A stretch of DNA of 64,000 nt from an uncultured Planctomycetota bacterium (GTDB lineage: Bacteria > Planctomycetota > Planctomycetia > Isosphaerales > Isosphaeraceae): NCBI GenBank assembly GCA_963845755.1, contig CAWJTV010000001.1, forward strand, positions 96,001-160,000, written 5' to 3'. The stretch's first letter is position 1. Each line of letters starts with the position of its first letter. The position numbers and the translations under genes are program-made. This document shows, piece by piece, positions 61,617-64,000 of this stretch. The notes under the pieces are model-generated. The model did no database searches and had not been told where the DNA came from. It worked only from the letters and a program-made list of their open reading frames with translations.

Positions 61617-63083
61617 ATGAAACGCCGCATCCTCGTCGTCAACGACATGGAGTTGAATCGCAATCACCTTCGCAAAGTCCTCGAAATCGACGGCTTCGAA
61701 GTGGAGACGGTCTCCGACGGCCGCGCGGCCTGGGATGAGCTCCAGGTCAACAAGTATCATCTCGTGATCACCGACATGCGGATGCCCGAGCTGAACGGGC
61801 TGGACCTGCTAACCCGCGTGCGCGAGGGACGGCTCCCTGTCGGGATGATCGTGTTGACGGCGTTCGGCGAGCCGACCGAGGCGCTGTGGGCCATGAAAGC
61901 CGGGGCCGACGATTTCATCACCAAGCCCTACGATCCCGAACAGCTCCGGTTCCTCGTCAAGCGAATCCTGGATCGTCGCGAGCTGATCGACGAGCTGGAG
62001 CAGCTCCGCAAGCAACCGGGCGAGAGCTACCAATTCCACAAGATGGTGTCCAAGAGTCCGAAGCTTCGTAAGGTCTTCGAACTGATCGAGCAGGTTGGGC
62101 CGCTGGGCTCGACGGTCTTGATCCAGGGGGAGACGGGAACGGGCAAGGAGTTGGTGGCCCGCGCCATCCATGCCGCCGATTCGCGCCGAGCCGGCCCATT
62201 CGTCGCGCTGAACTGTGCCGTCTTGAACGATGCCTTGCTCGAAAGCGAATTGTTCGGACACGAGCGGGGAGCCTTCACGGGAGCCGAGCGGCGGAAGATC
62301 GGCCGGTTCGAGGTCGCCAACGGTGGAGCGCTCCTGCTCGACGAGGCCGGCGACATTCCACCCGCGCTCCAGGCGAAGCTGTTGCGCGTGCTCCAGACCG
62401 GCCGGTTCGAGCGCGTCGGTGGGACCGAGACGATCCAGGTCCAGGTCCGCATCATCGCGGCCAGCCACAAGATCCTGGAGGAGGAGGTCCGCAAGGGCCG
62501 GTTCCGGGCCGATCTCTTCTACCGGCTCAACGTGATCCGAATCGACCTGCCGCCGCTTCGAGAGCGGACCGAGGACATCCCGCTCCTGGCCATGCACTTC
62601 CTGCAACAACATCGATCGCCCAACGGAACGGCGGTGACCGAGATCGCCTCGGACGCGATGCAGGCCCTGTTGCGGCACAACTGGCCGGGGAACATCCGCG
62701 AGCTGGAAAACGCCATCAAGGCGGCGGTGGCCCTGGCCGACGGCTCGATGGTCCGCCGCGACGACCTGCCCGAGTCGGTCGCCCCGCGCCTGTCCGCCCC
62801 CGCCCGCGGCAGCTCTCTGATCGATGTCGATCGCGCGCTGCCCGACTTAACCTGCGAGCTCATTGGACAGGTCGAGCGCGAATACTTCGTACGGCTCCTC
62901 TCCCAGTACAAGGGGAACGTCGCGCGTTGCGCGCGGCATAGCGGCCTGTCCCGACGCAGCGTGACCCAGAAGCTTCAGAAGTACGGACTCGAACGCACCC
63001 GGTTCAAGAGCCCGCGCCCGGAAACCAGCCGGCCCACGGGGTCCAACGCGGCCGGCCTGGCGACCCTCGAGCCATCTTCCTGA
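61617..63083 (+). CDS. Sigma54-dependent response regulator (NtrC/AtoC family)
   Basis: Receiver ITDMRMP, GETGTGKE, ESELFGHERGAFTGA, WPGNIREL and Fis-type HTH. Confidence 0.93.
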   Translation: MKRRILVVNDMELNRNHLRKVLEIDGFEVETVSDGRAAWDELQVNKYHLVITDMRMPELNGLDLLTRVREGRLPVGMIVLTAFGEPTEALWAMKAGADDFITKPYDPEQLRFLVKRILDRRELIDELEQLRKQPGESYQFHKMVSKSPKLRKVFELIEQVGPLGSTVLIQGETGTGKELVARAIHAADSRRAGPFVALNCAVLNDALLESELFGHERGAFTGAERRKIGRFEVANGGALLLDEAGDIPPALQAKLLRVLQTGRFERVGGTETIQVQVRIIAASHKILEEEVRKGRFRADLFYRLNVIRIDLPPLRERTEDIPLLAMHFLQQHRSPNGTAVTEIASDAMQALLRHNWPGNIRELENAIKAAVALADGSMVRRDDLPESVAPRLSAPARGSSLIDVDRALPDLTCELIGQVEREYFVRLLSQYKGNVARCARHSGLSRRSVTQKLQKYGLERTRFKSPRPETSRPTGSNAAGLATLEPSS

Positions 63084-63200
63084 AGAGCATCTCTGAAGCG
63101 CTGAAGGCGCGGTTTTCCCGGGCTGGGCGCGGCATCGTCCGAGCCGCGGTCGCCCTTGCCTCGATCCCGGCACCAGCCTAGGATGAACGAGGAGGTGAAA

Positions 63201-63719
63201 ATGGCTGACCCTGGATGCGAGAAGACGAGCAAGGCCGAAGCGGACGAGATGAAGGTACCGTCCGAGGAGTTCCGGGCCGTGCACGGCAAGCCGGACGAGG
63301 CCGGCGCGGCTGCGCCGATGATGTCTTGCCCTGATGGTGAGTCGCCCATGAACGATCCGGCCGTGAGCGGGAGTTCCGAGGGCCAGACGGACGGCCCCCG
63401 GCTGATCTATCGCGACGGCGTGGCCTACGTGGAAGGGTGCGACGTCCCGGTCTGGCGGCTGGAAATGGGCCGACGCGCCGGATCCAGTCCCACCGCGACG
63501 ATCGGGGCATTCCCCAGTTTGACCCCTCAGGGGCTCGAACTGGCGTTCGCCTACGCCCGAGAGCATCGTGCGGAGTTCGACCCGCTGATTCAGTATCATA
63601 GCGGCGCCGATGTCCCTCTCGAGGAACAGGAGGATGATGAGGACGAGGCGACCTTTGAGGCGGAACTCGACGCTCTGCTCGAGAGGGACGCCGAGCTACT
63701 GCGCCGTCTCGCACGATGA
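63201..63719 (+). CDS. DUF433-like antitoxin with acidic/amphipathic C-terminal helix (start uncertain)
   Basis: GVAYVEGCDVPVWRL...FPSLTPQGLELAFAYAREHRAE and tail FEAELDALLERDAELLRRLAR. ATGA overlap with doc. Confidence 0.7.
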   Translation: MADPGCEKTSKAEADEMKVPSEEFRAVHGKPDEAGAAAPMMSCPDGESPMNDPAVSGSSEGQTDGPRLIYRDGVAYVEGCDVPVWRLEMGRRAGSSPTATIGAFPSLTPQGLELAFAYAREHRAEFDPLIQYHSGADVPLEEQEDDEDEATFEAELDALLERDAELLRRLAR

Positions 63720-64000
63720 AGTACCTCAAGGTCAAGCATGTGCTCCGGATCCATGGCCGTGTGATCGAGCAGTCCGGTGGTGATACGGGCGTGCGGGATT
63801 TGGGCCTACTCGATTCTGCGGTCGCCCAGCCGCGCGCCGGCTTTGGTGGCACAGATCTGTACCCGGAGCTGGCCGACAAGGCGGCGGCGCTGGCATTCTC
63901 CCTGGTAATGAACCATCCCTTCGCGGACGGCAACAAGCGCACGGGCTACGTGTCCATGATGATGTTCCTCAGCCGCAATGGCCATACGATCAAGGCCACG
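63716..64000 (+). CDS. doc: Death-on-curing (Fic/Doc) toxin, partial
   Basis: Own translation: MKYLKVKHVLRIHGRVIEQSGG...GVRDLGLLDSA...NHPFADGNKRTG. Runs off the window end. Confidence 0.9.
   Translation, partial: MKYLKVKHVLRIHGRVIEQSGGDTGVRDLGLLDSAVAQPRAGFGGTDLYPELADKAAALAFSLVMNHPFADGNKRTGYVSMMMFLSRNGHTIKAT

Overview
GC-rich bacterial DNA that looks like a Planctomycete, probably Isosphaeraceae-like (inferred from ECF sigma factors with long C-terminal extensions, kinase-TPR proteins, a LEARWVLS-type N-terminal motif and a double-length UvrA). Many genes carry single-base frameshifts, most likely long-read indel errors, so genes were rebuilt across frames. In order, the window holds: an HNH module remnant; a Ser/Thr kinase-TPR gene split by an IS5 element; hicAB; a kinase-TPR gene that has lost three catalytic residues; a TetR/SRPBCC pair and a methyltransferase; vapBC; three tandem ECF sigma paralogues, each behind the same bipartite promoter motif; an Rpn-like nuclease with a likely internal start; a Wsp-like chemosensory cluster led by a UrtA/AmiC-like binding protein and lacking CheB/WspR; gldA; a HEPN-like gene split by IS630; a CHAT protease-NTPase-TPR gene with a small partner gene; an intact HNH module; the doubled uvrA; an ISAzo13 element inside a REP; a sugar-nucleotide dehydratase; an STN-like gene pair joined by an A9 run; an HtrA-like protease; a sigma54 activator; and a DUF433-Doc pair cut by the window end. 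No rRNA, tRNA or CRISPR array was seen. The strongest leads are the CHAT-NTPase-TPR system, the ECF array with its shared promoter, the pseudokinase, the Rpn internal antitoxin and the UrtA-Wsp module. Family assignments come from motif recognition only; no database searches were run.
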